In this document: piece by piece, positions 1-12,508 of the stretch
Numbering within the stretch: position 1 is the stretch's first letter
How the letters are laid out: every line of letters starts with the position of its first letter
Assembly (NCBI RefSeq): GCF_009914755.1
Contig: NC_060927.1
DNA from: the human T2T-CHM13v2.0 reference genome, Homo sapiens
Length of the DNA: 64,000 nucleotides
Direction: 5' to 3' (one strand)
The notes under the pieces: generated by a model
What the model saw: the letters and a program-made list of their open reading frames with translations, nothing else
Database searches by the model: none
Told to the model about the DNA's origin: nothing
Position numbers and translations under genes: made by a program

Positions 1-899
1 AAAGAATGGAAGGGAATAAAATAGAATGGAAGGGAATGGAAGAGAATGCAATGGAATGGAATGGAATGGAATGGAGTGAATTGGAATCGAATGGAATTGA
101 TTGGAATGTAATGGAATTGAGAGAAGTGGAATGAAGGCAATGGAATGCAATGGAATGAAATGAGAATAAGTGCAGTGGAATGAAATGGAACGGAATGGAA
201 TGTAGTGGATTGGAGTGGAGTGGAGTGGAATTGAATTGAATGGAGTGCAGAAGAATGGACTGGAATGGAATGGAATGGAATGGAATGGAATGGAATGGAA
301 TGGAATGGATTAGAATGGAATGGTATGTAATGGAATGTTACAGAATTGAATGGAGTGGAGTAGAATGGAATGAAATGGAATGGAAAGGAATGATGACGAG
401 GGGACTGGAGTGGAGAAGAATATAGTGGAACGGAATGGAATAGAAGGGAATGGAATGGAGAGCAATGGAATTGAAAACTATAGAATGGTATGGATTTGAG
501 TGGAATGGAATGTTATCTAATGCATTGGAATGGAGTGGAGTGGAGTGGAATGGAATGTAATCCATTGTAATGGAGTGGAATGGAATGGAAATGAATGGAA
601 CGCAATGGAATGGAATGGGGTGGGGTGGAGTAGAGTGGACTGAAATGGAAAGGAGTGGAATGGAAATGAGTGGAAGGAAGTGGAGTGGAACGGAATGGAG
701 TGGACTGGAAACAATTGGAGTGGAATGGAATGGTGTGGAATGGAATACAGTTGTGTGGAATGCAATGGAGTGGAGAGGAATGGACTGGAGTTGAATGGAA
801 TGGAATGGAGAGGAATAGAATGGAAAGCTTTGGAGTGCAGTGGAGTAGTGTGGAATGGAATAGAATGGAGTAGAGTGGAATGGAATGAAATGCAGTGGA

Positions 900-3800
900 A
901 TGGCATTTAATGGAATGCAATGGAATGCAGTGGAATAGAATGGAGTCTAATGGAATGGAATGCAATGTACTGGATTGGAATGGAATGAAATGAAATGGAA
1001 TGGAGTGGGGTGGAGAGGAATGGAATGGAATGGAGTGGAATGGAATGGAGTGGAATGGAGTGCAGTGGAATAGAGAGGAATGAAATTGAATGGAACAGAA
1101 TTGAATGTATTGAAATGCATCGAATTGGAGTGGAATGGGGTGGAATGGAATTGAATGGAGTGGAATAGAATGGAATGAAATGGAATGCAATGGATTCGAG
1201 TGGAGTGCTGTGGAATATAATGTAAGGGAGTACAATTGAATGGAATGGAATGGAATGGAATGGAGTGGGGTGGAATTGAATGGAATGGAGTGGAATGGAA
1301 TGGAATGCAATGGAATGGAAAGGAATGGAATGCAATGGAATAGAATGTAAAGCAATGGAATGCAATGGAAGGGAGAGGAGGGGAATGTAGTGCAGTGGAG
1401 TGAAGTGTAACAGAATGGAATGAAATGGAATGGAATAGAATGGAATGGAGTGGAGTTGAAAGGATTGGAATGCAACGGTATGGAACGCAATGGAATGGAA
1501 CAGAGTGGAATGGAATAGAATGGAATGGAATTTAGTGGTATGTAGAGGAGTGGAGTGGAATGGAGATGAAAGTAATGGAATGGAAAGGAAGGGAAATGAA
1601 TGGGATGGAAAGGAATGGAATGAGACTGGGTGAATTCGAGTGAAATGCAATGGATGGAAGTGGAATGGAATGGAATGCAATGCAATGGAATGGGACAGAA
1701 TGTAATGGAATGGAATGCAATGGAGTGGAATGGAATGGAATGGAATGGAATGGAATGGCATAGAATGGGGTGGAATGGATTGGAATGAAATGGAATGGAA
1801 TGGAATGGAATGGAATGGATTGGAGTGGAGTGGAGTGGAATCGAATAGAATGGAGAGGAGCAGAATTGAATGGAATCGAATAGAGTGGAATGGAATGGAG
1901 AGGAATGGAAAGGAATGGAATGGAAAGAAATGGAGTGGAATGGAATTGAATGGATTGGAGTGGAATGGAATGGAATGGGCGGGGATGGAATGGAGATGAG
2001 GGGATTGGAGTGGAGTAGAGAATAGTGGATTGGAATGCAAAGGAAAGGAATGGAATGCAATGGAACACTATAGAATGGTATGGAGTTTACTGGAATGGAA
2101 TGGAATGCAGATGAGTGGAATGTAATTGAAAGGAATGGAACGGAATGGAGTGGACTAGAGTGGAATGGAATGGAGTAGATTGGAATGCAATGGAATGGAT
2201 TGTAATAGAATGCAATGCAGTGGAATGGAAAGTTGCGGAGTGGAGTAGCGTGGAGTGGAATGGAACTGAATGGAATTCTATTTAATGGAAATGGAAGTAA
2301 ATGGAATGGAATGGAGTAGAGTAGAATGGAGTGGAATGGAGTCGAATGTAGAGCAGTGGAATGGAATGGAAAGCAGTTGAGTGGAATGGAACGGAGTTGA
2401 ATGGAAAAGAGTGTAATGGAGTAGAGTGGAGATGAATGGAATTGAGAGGAATGAAGTGAGGTGGAATGGAGTAGAATATAGCGGAGTGGAATGGAATGGA
2501 ATGGAATGGAATGGAATGGAATGGAGTGGAGTGGAGTGGATTCCAATGCAATGGATTGGAGTGGAGTGGAGAGGATTGGAATAGAATAGAGTGAAATGGA
2601 GTGGAATGGAATGGAGTGGAGTGCAATGGAATGGAGCAGAATGGAATGGAGTGGAATGGAATGGAGTGTAGTGGAGTGTTATGGAATGGTGTGGAGTGTA
2701 GCGGAATGGAAAGGACTGGAATGTAGTGGAGTGTAATAGAATGGAAATGAGTGGAGGGGAATGTAATGGGATGGAGTTGTTTGGAATGGAGTGGAAGGGA
2801 ATGGAGTGGAATAGAATGGAAGGGAATGGAAAAGAATGGAATGGAGTAAAATGGAACGGAATGGAAAGGAATGGAATTTAAAGGAATGGAGTGGAGTGGA
2901 ATTGAATGGAAAGGAATGGAACGGAATGTAATGGAATGGAATGGAATGGAGTGGATTGGAGTGGAGCGGAGTGGAGTGGTATGGAATTGAATAATGTGGA
3001 GTGGAATGGAATGGAATGGAATAGAATGGAATGGAGTGGAGTGGAATGGAAGGGAATGGGATGGAATGCTGAGGTGTTGACTGGAGTGGAGAAGAGCATA
3101 GTGGAATGCAATGGAATGTAATGAAATGGAATAGAATGGAATAGCTTACTATAGAATGGTATGGAGTGGAGTGGAATGGAATGGAATGGAATGCAGTGGA
3201 ATGGAGTGGAGTGGAGTGGAATGGAATGCACTGCAATGGAGTGGAATGGATTGGAATGGAGTGGAATGGAGTGGAATGGAGTGGAATGGAGTGGAGTGGA
3301 ATGGAAAGGAATGGAATCGAATGGAATGGAGTGGAGTGGAGTGGAATGGAATGGAATGGATTGGAGGGAGTGGAGAGGAGTGGAATAGAATAGAGTGAAA
3401 TTGAGTGGAATGGAATGGAGTGGAGTGCAACAGAATGGAGCGGAATGGAATGGAGTGGAATGGAATGGAGTGGAGTCGAGTGTTATGGAATGGTGTGGAG
3501 TGTACTGGAGTGGAAAGGACTGGAATGTAGTGGAGTGTAATGGAATGGAAATGAGTGGAGGGGAATGTAATGGAATGGAGTTGATTGGAATGGAATGGAA
3601 TGGAATTGATTGGAATGGAATGGAAGTGAATGGAATGGAATGGAGTAAAATGGAAAAGAATGGAAACGAATGGAATGGAATGGAATGGATTGGAGTGGAA
3701 TTGAATGGAAAGTAATGGAAAGGCATGGAATGGAATGGAATGGAATGGAACGGAACGGAATGGAGTGGATTGGAGTGGAGTGCAGTGGTATGGAATTGAA

Positions 3801-6800
3801 TAAAATGGAGTGGAATGGAATGGAATGGAAAAGAATGGAATGGAGTGGAGTGGAATGGGATGGAATGGGGAGGTGTGGACTGGAGTGGAGGAGAGAATAG
3901 TGGAATGGAATGGAATGGAATGGAATGAAATGGAATGGAAGGGAATGGAATGGTATACTACAGAATGGTATGGAGTGGAGTGGAATGGAATGGAATGCAA
4001 TGCAGTGGAATGGAGTGGAATGGAATGGAATGGAGTGGATTGGAGTGGAATTCAATGGAGTAAAATGGATTGGATTGTAATGGAGTGGATTAGAATGGAA
4101 TGGAGAGAAGTGGAAAGAAAAGGAGTGGAATGGAATGGTGTGGATTGGAGTGGAATGGAGTGAAATGGAATGGAACTGAACGGAATGAAAAGGAGAGGAA
4201 TGGAATGGAAAGCTGTGTAGTGGAATGGAGTGGTGTGGAATGGAATTGAAAGGAGTGGAGTGGATTGGAATGGAATGAAACGGTGTGGAATGGCAATGAA
4301 TGGGGTGCAATGGAATGGAGGGGATTAGAATGGAGTCTAATGGAAGGGAAAGTAATGGAGAGGAGTGGAATGGAATGGAATGGAATGCAATGGAATCGAG
4401 TGAAGTGGAGTAGAGTGGAGTGGAATGCAATGGAGTGGAATGGGATGGAGTGGGATGGAGTGGAATGGAGTGGATTAGAATGCAGTGAAATGAAAGGGAA
4501 TGGAATGGAATGTAGTGAAGTGGAATGGAATGCAATGCAATGGATTCGATTGAAGTGGAGTGGAGTGGAGTGGAATGCAATGGAGTGGAATGAGATGGAG
4601 TGGAGTGGAGTGGAATAGAATGGAATGGAATTGAATGGAAAGGAATTGACTGGAATGCAATGCAACGAAATGGAGTGGAATGAAGTTGAATGGAATGCAA
4701 AGGAATGGAATTGAATGGAGTGATATGGAATGGAATGAAATGGAATGCAATGGATTCGAGTGGAGTGCTGTGGAGTGTAATGGAATGGAATTCAATGGAA
4801 TGGAATGGAATGGAAGGGATTGAAATGGAAAGGAATGCAATAGAATGGAATTTAATGGAATGGAATGCAGTGGGGTGGAATAGAAAGGAGTGGAGTGGAA
4901 TGGAATGGAATGCAATGGAATTTAATGTAACGGAAAGTAATGGAAAGGAATGGAATGGAATGGAGAGGAGGGGATTATCGTGGAGTGGAGTGAATTGGAA
5001 AGGAATGGAATGGAATGGAATGGAATGGAATGGAATGGAATGAAATGAAATGTGGTGAAGTGGACTAGAATGGAATGAAATGGACTAGAATGGAGTGGAG
5101 TGGATTGGAATGGAATAGAATGTAGTGGAGTGGAGTGGAATGGAATGGAATGGAGTGGATTGGAAAGGATTGGAATGGATTGGAATAGAATGCATTGGAA
5201 TGGAATGGAATGAAACAGAGTGGAATGGAATGGAGTGGAATGGAATGGAATGGAATGGAATGAAGAGGAGTGTAGTGGAATGGAATCGTTTGTATTGAAA
5301 TGTGATGGAATGCAGATGGATGTAATGGAATAGAATGGGATGGAATAGAATGGGATGGAAAGGAATGGAATGGAAATGGGTGGAGTCAAGAGGAAAGCAA
5401 TGGAGTGAAGTGGAATGGAATTCAATGCAATGGAATGGAACGGAATGAAATGGATTGGAATGGAATAGAATGGAGTGGAATGCAATGGAATGGGATGGAA
5501 TGGTATTGAATGGAATAGACTGGAGTGGAATGGAATGGAAAGGAATGGAACGGAATGGAATGGAATGGAGTGGGGTGGAATGGAATGGAATGTAACGGAG
5601 TGGAATGGAGTGTAGTGGAGTGGAATGGAATAGAATGGAGTGGATTAGAATGTAGTGCAATGGAATGCAGAGGAATGAAAGGAAGGGAATGGAATGGAAT
5701 GGAAAGGAATGGAATGGAGGGGAGTGGAATGGAGTGGAAAGGAATTGAATGGAATGGAATGAAGTGGAATGGAATTTAACCGAATGGATTGGAGTGGAAT
5801 GGAGTTGAGTGGAGTGAAATGGAATGGAATGGAGTGGAGTGGAGTGGAGTGGAATGGAATGGATTGGAATGGAGTGGAATGGAAGGAAATGGGATGGAAT
5901 GGGGAGGAGTGGAATGGATTGGAGTAGAGTATAGTGGAATGGAATGGAATGTAAACAAATGGAATAGAATGGAATGGAACAGAATACTTTCGAATGGTAC
6001 GAAGTGGAGAGGAATGGAACGGAATGCAATGCAGGGGAATGGAGTGGAGTGGAGTGGAATGGAATGGAACGCAGTGGAATGTAGTGGAATGGAATGGAGT
6101 GGAATGGAGTGGAGTGGAGTGGATTGGAATGGAATGGAGTAGATTGGAGTGGATTGGAATGGAGTGGAGTGGAATGGAATATAGGGGAGTGGAAAAAAAT
6201 GGATTGAAATGGAATGGTGGGGAATGGAATGGAGTCGTGTGGAGTGGAATGGAGTGGAGTGGAATGGAGTGGAGTTGAATGTAATGGAAAGGTGAGGAAT
6301 GGTATGGAAAGGTGTGGAGTTGAGTGCAGTGGTGTGGAATGATTTGAATGGAGTGGAGTGAAATGGAATGAAACGGAGAAGAATGGCACGGAATGTGGTG
6401 CAATGGAATGGAGTGGATAAGAATGGAGTCTAATGGAAGGGAGTGGAATGGAGTGGAGTGAAATGGAATGAAATGGAATACAATGGAATGGAGTGGAGTG
6501 GAGTGGAATGCAATGGCGTGGAATGCAATGGAGTGGAGTGGAGTGTAGTGGAACAGAGTTGAATGGAATTGAATGGAACGGAATTGACTGGAATGGAATG
6601 CAACGAAATGGAGTGGAAAGGAGTTGAATGGAATCTAAAGGAATGGAATTGAATGGAGTGGAATTGAAAGGAATGAAATGAAATGCAATGGATGCGAGTG
6701 GAGTGCTGTGGAATGTAATGGATTAGAATTCAAAGGAATGGAATGTAATGGAATGAATTGGAATGCAATGGAATGGAATGGAATGGAATGGAATTTAATG

Positions 6801-7100
6801 GAATGGAATGGACGGGGTGGAATGGAATGGAGTGGAGTGGATTGGAATGGAATGCAATGGAATGTAAAGCAATGGAGTGGAATGGATTGCAATGGAAAGG
6901 AGAAGAGGGGGTTGTATTGGAATGGAGTGAAGTGGAATGGAATGGAACGGAACAGAATGGAATGCAAAGCAATGGCATGCATTGGAATGGCATGGAATGA
7001 AATGGACTGGAATTCAGTGGAGTGGAGTGGAATGGAATGAAATGGAGTGGGATACAATGGAATGGAATGGAATGGAATGGAATAGGGTGGAATGCATTGG
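900..7100 (+). repeat. Three diverged copies of a shared sub-block (near 0.9, 4.3 and 6.4 kb)
   Basis: The rare motif GGAGTCTAATGG occurs at 942, 4332 and 6425. It is followed by GGAT(T/G)CGAGTGGAGTGCTGTGG, with GAGTGCTG at 1203, 4763 and 6701. GAATTGACTGGAATG...TGCAACGAAATGGAGTGGAA is shared by the copies near 4640 and 6580. Confidence 0.7.
2620..4010 (+). repeat. ~0.8 kb-period diverged tandem duplication
   Basis: Three markers recur in order: GTGTTATGGAATGGTGTGGAGTGTA at 2676 and 3480; GAGGTGT(T/G)GACTGGAGTGGAG at about 3071 and 3870; ACTA(T/C)AGAATGGTATGGAG at 3148 and 3957. Offsets are about 800-810 bp. Confidence 0.8.
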
Positions 7101-9221
7101 GATGGATTGGAATGGAGTAGAGTGGAGTGAAGTGGGATGGAACGGAGTGGAGTGGAAAGGATTGGAACGGAATGTAATGTAATGGAATGGAATGAAACAG
7201 AGTGGAATGGAATGGAATTGAATGGAGAAGAATGTAGAGGAGTGAAGTGGAATGGAATGGAATGTATTGAAATGTAATGGAATGGAGATGAATGTGATGT
7301 AATGCAATGTAATTGAATAGAATGGGATGGAAAAGAGTAGCATGGAGTGGAATGAAACGGAATGGAAGCGTATGGAATGGAATTTAATTGAATGGAATGC
7401 AATGGAACCGAATGGAATGCTGTGGAATGGAATGGAATGTGCTGGAAATGAATGGAGTGGAATGTTATATGGTGGAGTGGAGTGGAATGGAATGGACTGG
7501 ATTGGAGTGGAATGGAATGGAATGGAATGTAAAGGAGGGGAAACAACTGGAATGGTATGGAATGGAATGTAATGGAATGGAGTGAAGTGGAAGGGAATGG
7601 AATGGAAGCGAACAGAGTGGAATGTAATGGAATGGAGTGGAGAGGAATGGAGTGGAGTGGAATGGAATGGAGTATAATGTGGTGGAGTGGAGTGGATGGG
7701 AATGGAATGCAATGGAGTGGAATGGAACGGAACGGAGAGGAGGGGAATGGAATGGAAGAGAATGGCATGCAGTGGAGTGGAACGGAATGGAATGGAAAGA
7801 AATGGAATGGAATGGAATAAAGTGGAATGGAATCGAGTGGGGCGGAGTGGAATGGAATGGACAGGAATGGTATGGAATGGAATGTAGTGGAAGGGAATGG
7901 CATGAAATGGAGTGGAGGGGAATGGAGTGGAATGGAATGGAGTGGAATGGAGTGGAGTGCAAGGGAGTGTAATGAAGTGGAGAGGAATGGAAGGGAATGG
8001 AATGGATTGTAGCGGAATGGAATGGAATGGAATTGAGTGGATAGGACTGGAATGGAGTCCAATGGAGTGGAGTGGAATGGAAAGGAGTGGAATGAAATGG
8101 AGTGGAAGGGAGTTGAGCGGAATGGAATGTAAAGGATTGGAAAGGAATTGAGTGTAGTTTAATGGAATTGAACCGAATGGGGTGGAGTGGAGTTGAGTGG
8201 GGTCAAATGGAGGGGAATGGAATGGAATGTAATGGAATGGAAGGGAATTGAATGGAAATGATTGGAGTGTAGTGGAGTGGAATGGAGGGTAGTGGAGTGG
8301 AGAGCTATGGAATGGAATTGAATGGAGTGGAATGGAATTGAGTGGAATTGAATGAAATGGAATGGAGTGAAATGGAATGAAACGGAGTGGAGTGGAAGGG
8401 AATGGAATGGAATGGAATGGAGTGGAATGGAATGGAATGGAATGGAGTGGAGTGGAGTAGAATGGAGTGGAATGCAATGGAGTGAAGGGGAGTGGAATGG
8501 AATTGTTTGGAGAGAATTGGAATGGAATGGATTGTAATCGAGTAGTGTGGAATGGAATGGAATGCAGTGTAGAGGAATGGAACATAATGGAGTGGAATGG
8601 AATGATTTGGAGTGGAATGGAACTGAGAGGAGTGGAATGGAATGGAAACGAATGGAATGGAATGGAATGGAATGAAATTGAGTGGAACGCAATGGAGTGG
8701 GGATGAGTGGAATGGAATGGACTGAAGTGGAATGGAATGGTATGGAATGGAATGGAATAGAATGGAATGGGACGGAATTTAACGCATTGGAATGGAGTGG
8801 AATGGAGTGGAGTGAAATGGATTGTAATGGAATGGAATGGGATACAATGGAATGGACTGTAATGGAATGGAGTGGAATGGAGTGGAATGGAGTGGAATGG
8901 AGTGGAATGGAGTGCAGTGGAGTGGAGTGGAGGGGAGTGGAATGTAATGGAGTGGAGTGGAATGGAATAAAATGGAATGGATTGGAAAGGAAGAGAGTGG
9001 TGTGGAGTGGGGTCGAATGGAATGAAACTGAAAAGAATGGAATGGAATGGAATGGAATGGAATAGGGTGGAGTGGAGTGGAGTGGAATGGAATCAATGGA
9101 GAGGAATGTACTGGAGTGAAACGGAAAGGAATGGAGTGGAGTGTAATGGTATGAGGTGGAATGGAATGGAATGGAATGGATTTCATTGGAGAGGAATGGA
9201 ATGGAGTAGAATGGAATGGAC

Positions 9222-9365
9222 TGGAGTTGAGTGGAGTGTGTTCGAGTAGATGGTATTTGAATGGAATGGAATATAATGGGGTGGACTGGAGTGGAACGGA
9301 GTGGAGTGGAGTGGAGTTGAGTGGAATGTGTTCGAGTGGATGGTATTGGAATGGAATGGAATGGA
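9222..9365 (+). repeat. 90-bp-period imperfect duplication
   Basis: GGAGTTGAGTGGA(G/A)TGTGTTCGAGT(A/G)GATGGTATT is repeated, with TTCGAG at 9241 and 9331. A more degenerate third copy lies near 9406. Confidence 0.7.
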
Positions 9366-12252
9366 AAGGGGTGGAATGGAGTGTAGTGTAGTGCAGTGGA
9401 GTGGGTTCGATTGGATGATAATTGAATGGAATGTAGTGGCGTGGAATGGAGTGGAGTGGAGAGGAATGGATTTGAAAGGATTGCAGTGGAAAGGAATGCA
9501 TCGGGGTGTAGTGGAATGTAAAGGAATGCAGTGGAATGGAATTGAATGTTATGGAATTGAATGGAGTGTAGAGAAATTGAATGGAATGGAATGGAATGGA
9601 AGGAAATGGAATGGAAGGGAATAGAATGGAGTGGAATGGTGTGGAAGGGAATGGAATTTAAAGGATTTGAGTGGATTGTAGTGGAGTGGAGTGGAATGGA
9701 ATTGTGTGGAATGGAATGGATTGCAATGGAATGGAGTGGAAGGGAATGGAGTGGTGTGGAGTAGAATGGATTGGAATTAAATGCAATGGAATGGAATGGA
9801 GTGGAATGGAACAGAATGGAATGGAGTGGAATGGAATGGAATGGAGTGGAATGGAGTGGAGTGGATTGGAATGGAATGGAGTGGAATGGAGGGGAGTGCA
9901 ATGGAATGGAACGGTGTGGAGTGGAGTATAATGGAACGGAGTGGAATAGAATGTAATGGAATGCAATGGCTTGGAATGGAGTGGAATGGAACGGAATGAC
10001 AGGGAATGGAATGGAATGGAAAAGAACGGAAGGGAAGGGAGTGGAATGGAATGGAATGGAATGGAAGGGAATGCAGTGGAATGGAAATTAAAGGAATGGA
10101 ATGGAATGGAATGGAATGGAATGGAATGGAGTGGAATGGAGTGGAGTTCAGTGGAGTAGAATGGAATGGTGTAGAGTGGAGTGGAATGCAATGGAATGGA
10201 ATGGAAAGGAGTGGAGAGGAATGGAGTGGTGTGGAATGGAATGGAATGATATGGAATGGAATCGAATGGTGTGTAAAGAAATTGTAGGGAAAAGAGAGAA
10301 GAGATGTGGAGTGGAATGGAATGGAGTGAATGTAGTGGAGTGGAGTGGTTTGTAATGGAGTGTAATAGAAAGGAAAGGATAGGAGTGGAGTGGAAAGGAG
10401 TGGAATGGAATGGAAAGGAATGGAATAAAAGGGCATGGAATGGAATGGAGTCCGGTTGAGTGGAATGGAATAGAGTGGAGTGGAATGGAAAGGAATGGAA
10501 TGAAATGGAATGGAATTGAGTGGAGTGGAGTGGAGTGTAATGGAGTGCCATCGAGTGGAATGGAATTGAATGGAATATAATGGAATAGACTCGAATGGAA
10601 TGGAAGGCAGCGGAATGGAGTCTAGTGGAGTAGAATGGAATGGAGCGGAATGGAGTGGAATGCAATGGATTGGAGTGAAAAGAATGGAATTGAATGGATT
10701 GGAATAGAATAGAGTGGAATATACTGCAGTGGAAAGGAATGGATTGGAGTGAAAAGAATGGACTGGAATGGATTGGAGTGGAATAGAGTGGAATGTAGTG
10801 CAGTAGAATGGAATTGATTGGTATGGAATGGAGTTGAATGGAATTGCGTGTAGTGGAAAGGAAGGGAATGGAATGGAATGGAGTGGAGTACAGTGGAGTG
10901 GATTGGGGTCGAATGGATTGTAGTCGAATGGAATGGAATGGAATGGAGTGGAAGGGAGTGGAGTGGAATGGAATGAAAGGCATTGGAAAGGAATATAATG
11001 GAATATAATGGAATGGAATGGAAAGAAATGGAATGGATGGGAATGGACTGGAATAGAGTGGAGTGGAATATACTGGAATGGAATGGAAGGAATGGAATGG
11101 TATGGAAAGGAGGGGAGTAGAGTGGAATGGAATGGAGTGGAATGGATTGGAGTGGAATGGAATGGAATGGAAAGAATGGAATGGAGGGCAGTGGAATGGA
11201 TTGGATTGGAGTGGAATGGAGTGGAATGGAGTGGAGTGTAGTGAAAAGGAATGGAATGGAGTGGACTGGAATAGAGTGGTATGGAATGGAACGGAGTGCA
11301 GTGGAATGGAATGGAATGGAATGGAATGAAATGAAATGGAATGGAGTGAAGTGGAATGGAATGGAGTTGAGGAGAATGGAATGGAATGGAAAAGAAGGAA
11401 ATGGAGAGGCGGGGAGTGGAGTGGAATGCAATGAATTTCAATGGAGTTGAGTGGATTGGAATGGAACAGAATGCAGTGGAATGGAATGGAATGAAATGGA
11501 AAGTAGTGGAATGGAATCTAACGGAAAGGAGTGGAATGGAATGGAATGGAATACAATGGAATGGAGTGGAATGGAGAGGAGTGGAGGGAGTGGAATTGAA
11601 TGGAGTGAAGTGAAGTGGAATTGAAACGAATGGAATGGATTGGAATGGAATAGAGTTTAGTGGAGAGGAAAGGAGTGGAGTAGAGTGAAACGGAAGGGAT
11701 CGGAATGGAAGAGAATGGAGAGGAATTTAATGGAATGGAGTGGATTGAAGTGGAGTGGAGTGAAAAGAAATGGATTGGAATGGAATGGAATGGAGAGGAA
11801 TGGAACGGAATGGAATGCAGTGTAATGGAGTGGAGTGGGGGGGAGGGGAATGGAATGGAATGCAATGCAATGGAATTGAATGGAATGGAGTGAATTGGAA
11901 CGTAATGGTGTGAAGTTGAGGGGAATTGAATGTAATGGAATGGAATGGAATTGATTGGAATGGAGAGGAAGGGAGTGGAGTGGAATGAAATGGAGTTTAA
12001 AGAACGGAGTAGAATGGAACGGAATGGAATGGAGTGGAGTGGATAGGAATGGAGTGGAATGGAATGGATAGAAATGGAATGGATTGGAGTGGGGTGGAAT
12101 GGAATGGAGTGGAGTGAAGTGGAATCGAATTATAATGAAATGGAGTGGAATGCAGTGGAGTGGGGTGGAGTGGAATGGAATGGAACAGAATGGAATGGAA
12201 TGGAATGGAATACAGTGGAATGTAATGGAATGGAAAAGAATGGAGTGGAATC

Positions 12253-12442
12253 GAGTGGAGTGAAATGGAATGGAACGGAGTGGATTGGACTGGAATGGAA
12301 TTCCATGGAATGGAATGCAATGGAACGGAATGGAATGGAACGGAGTGGAGTGAAATGGAATGGAACGGAGTGGATTGGACTGGAATGGAATTCCATGGAA
12401 TGGAATGCAATGGAACGGAATGGAATGGAACGGAGTGGAGTG
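12253..12442 (+). repeat. Exact 90-bp tandem duplication carrying the GGAATTCCATGGAA palindrome
   Basis: GAGTGGAGTGAAATGGAATGGAACGGAGTGGATTGGACTGGAATGGAATTCCATGGAATGGAATGCAATGGAACGGAATGGAATGGAACG occurs twice with no mismatch seen. TTCCA is at 12301 and 12391. Confidence 0.92.
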
Positions 12443-12508
12443 GAATGGAATGTAACGGAGTGAACGGGAGTGGAATGGAATGTAACGGAGTGAACGGGAG
12501 TGGAATGG
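12438..12508 (+). repeat. Exact 30-bp tandem duplication
   Basis: GAGTGGAATGGAATGTAACGGAGTGAACGG occurs twice, directly abutting the 90-bp duplication. Confidence 0.9.

Noticed and set aside
11836-11849. G-rich run GGGGGGGAGGGG as a G-quadruplex
   Set aside because: It has only two adjacent long G runs and is explicable as pentamer substitutions.
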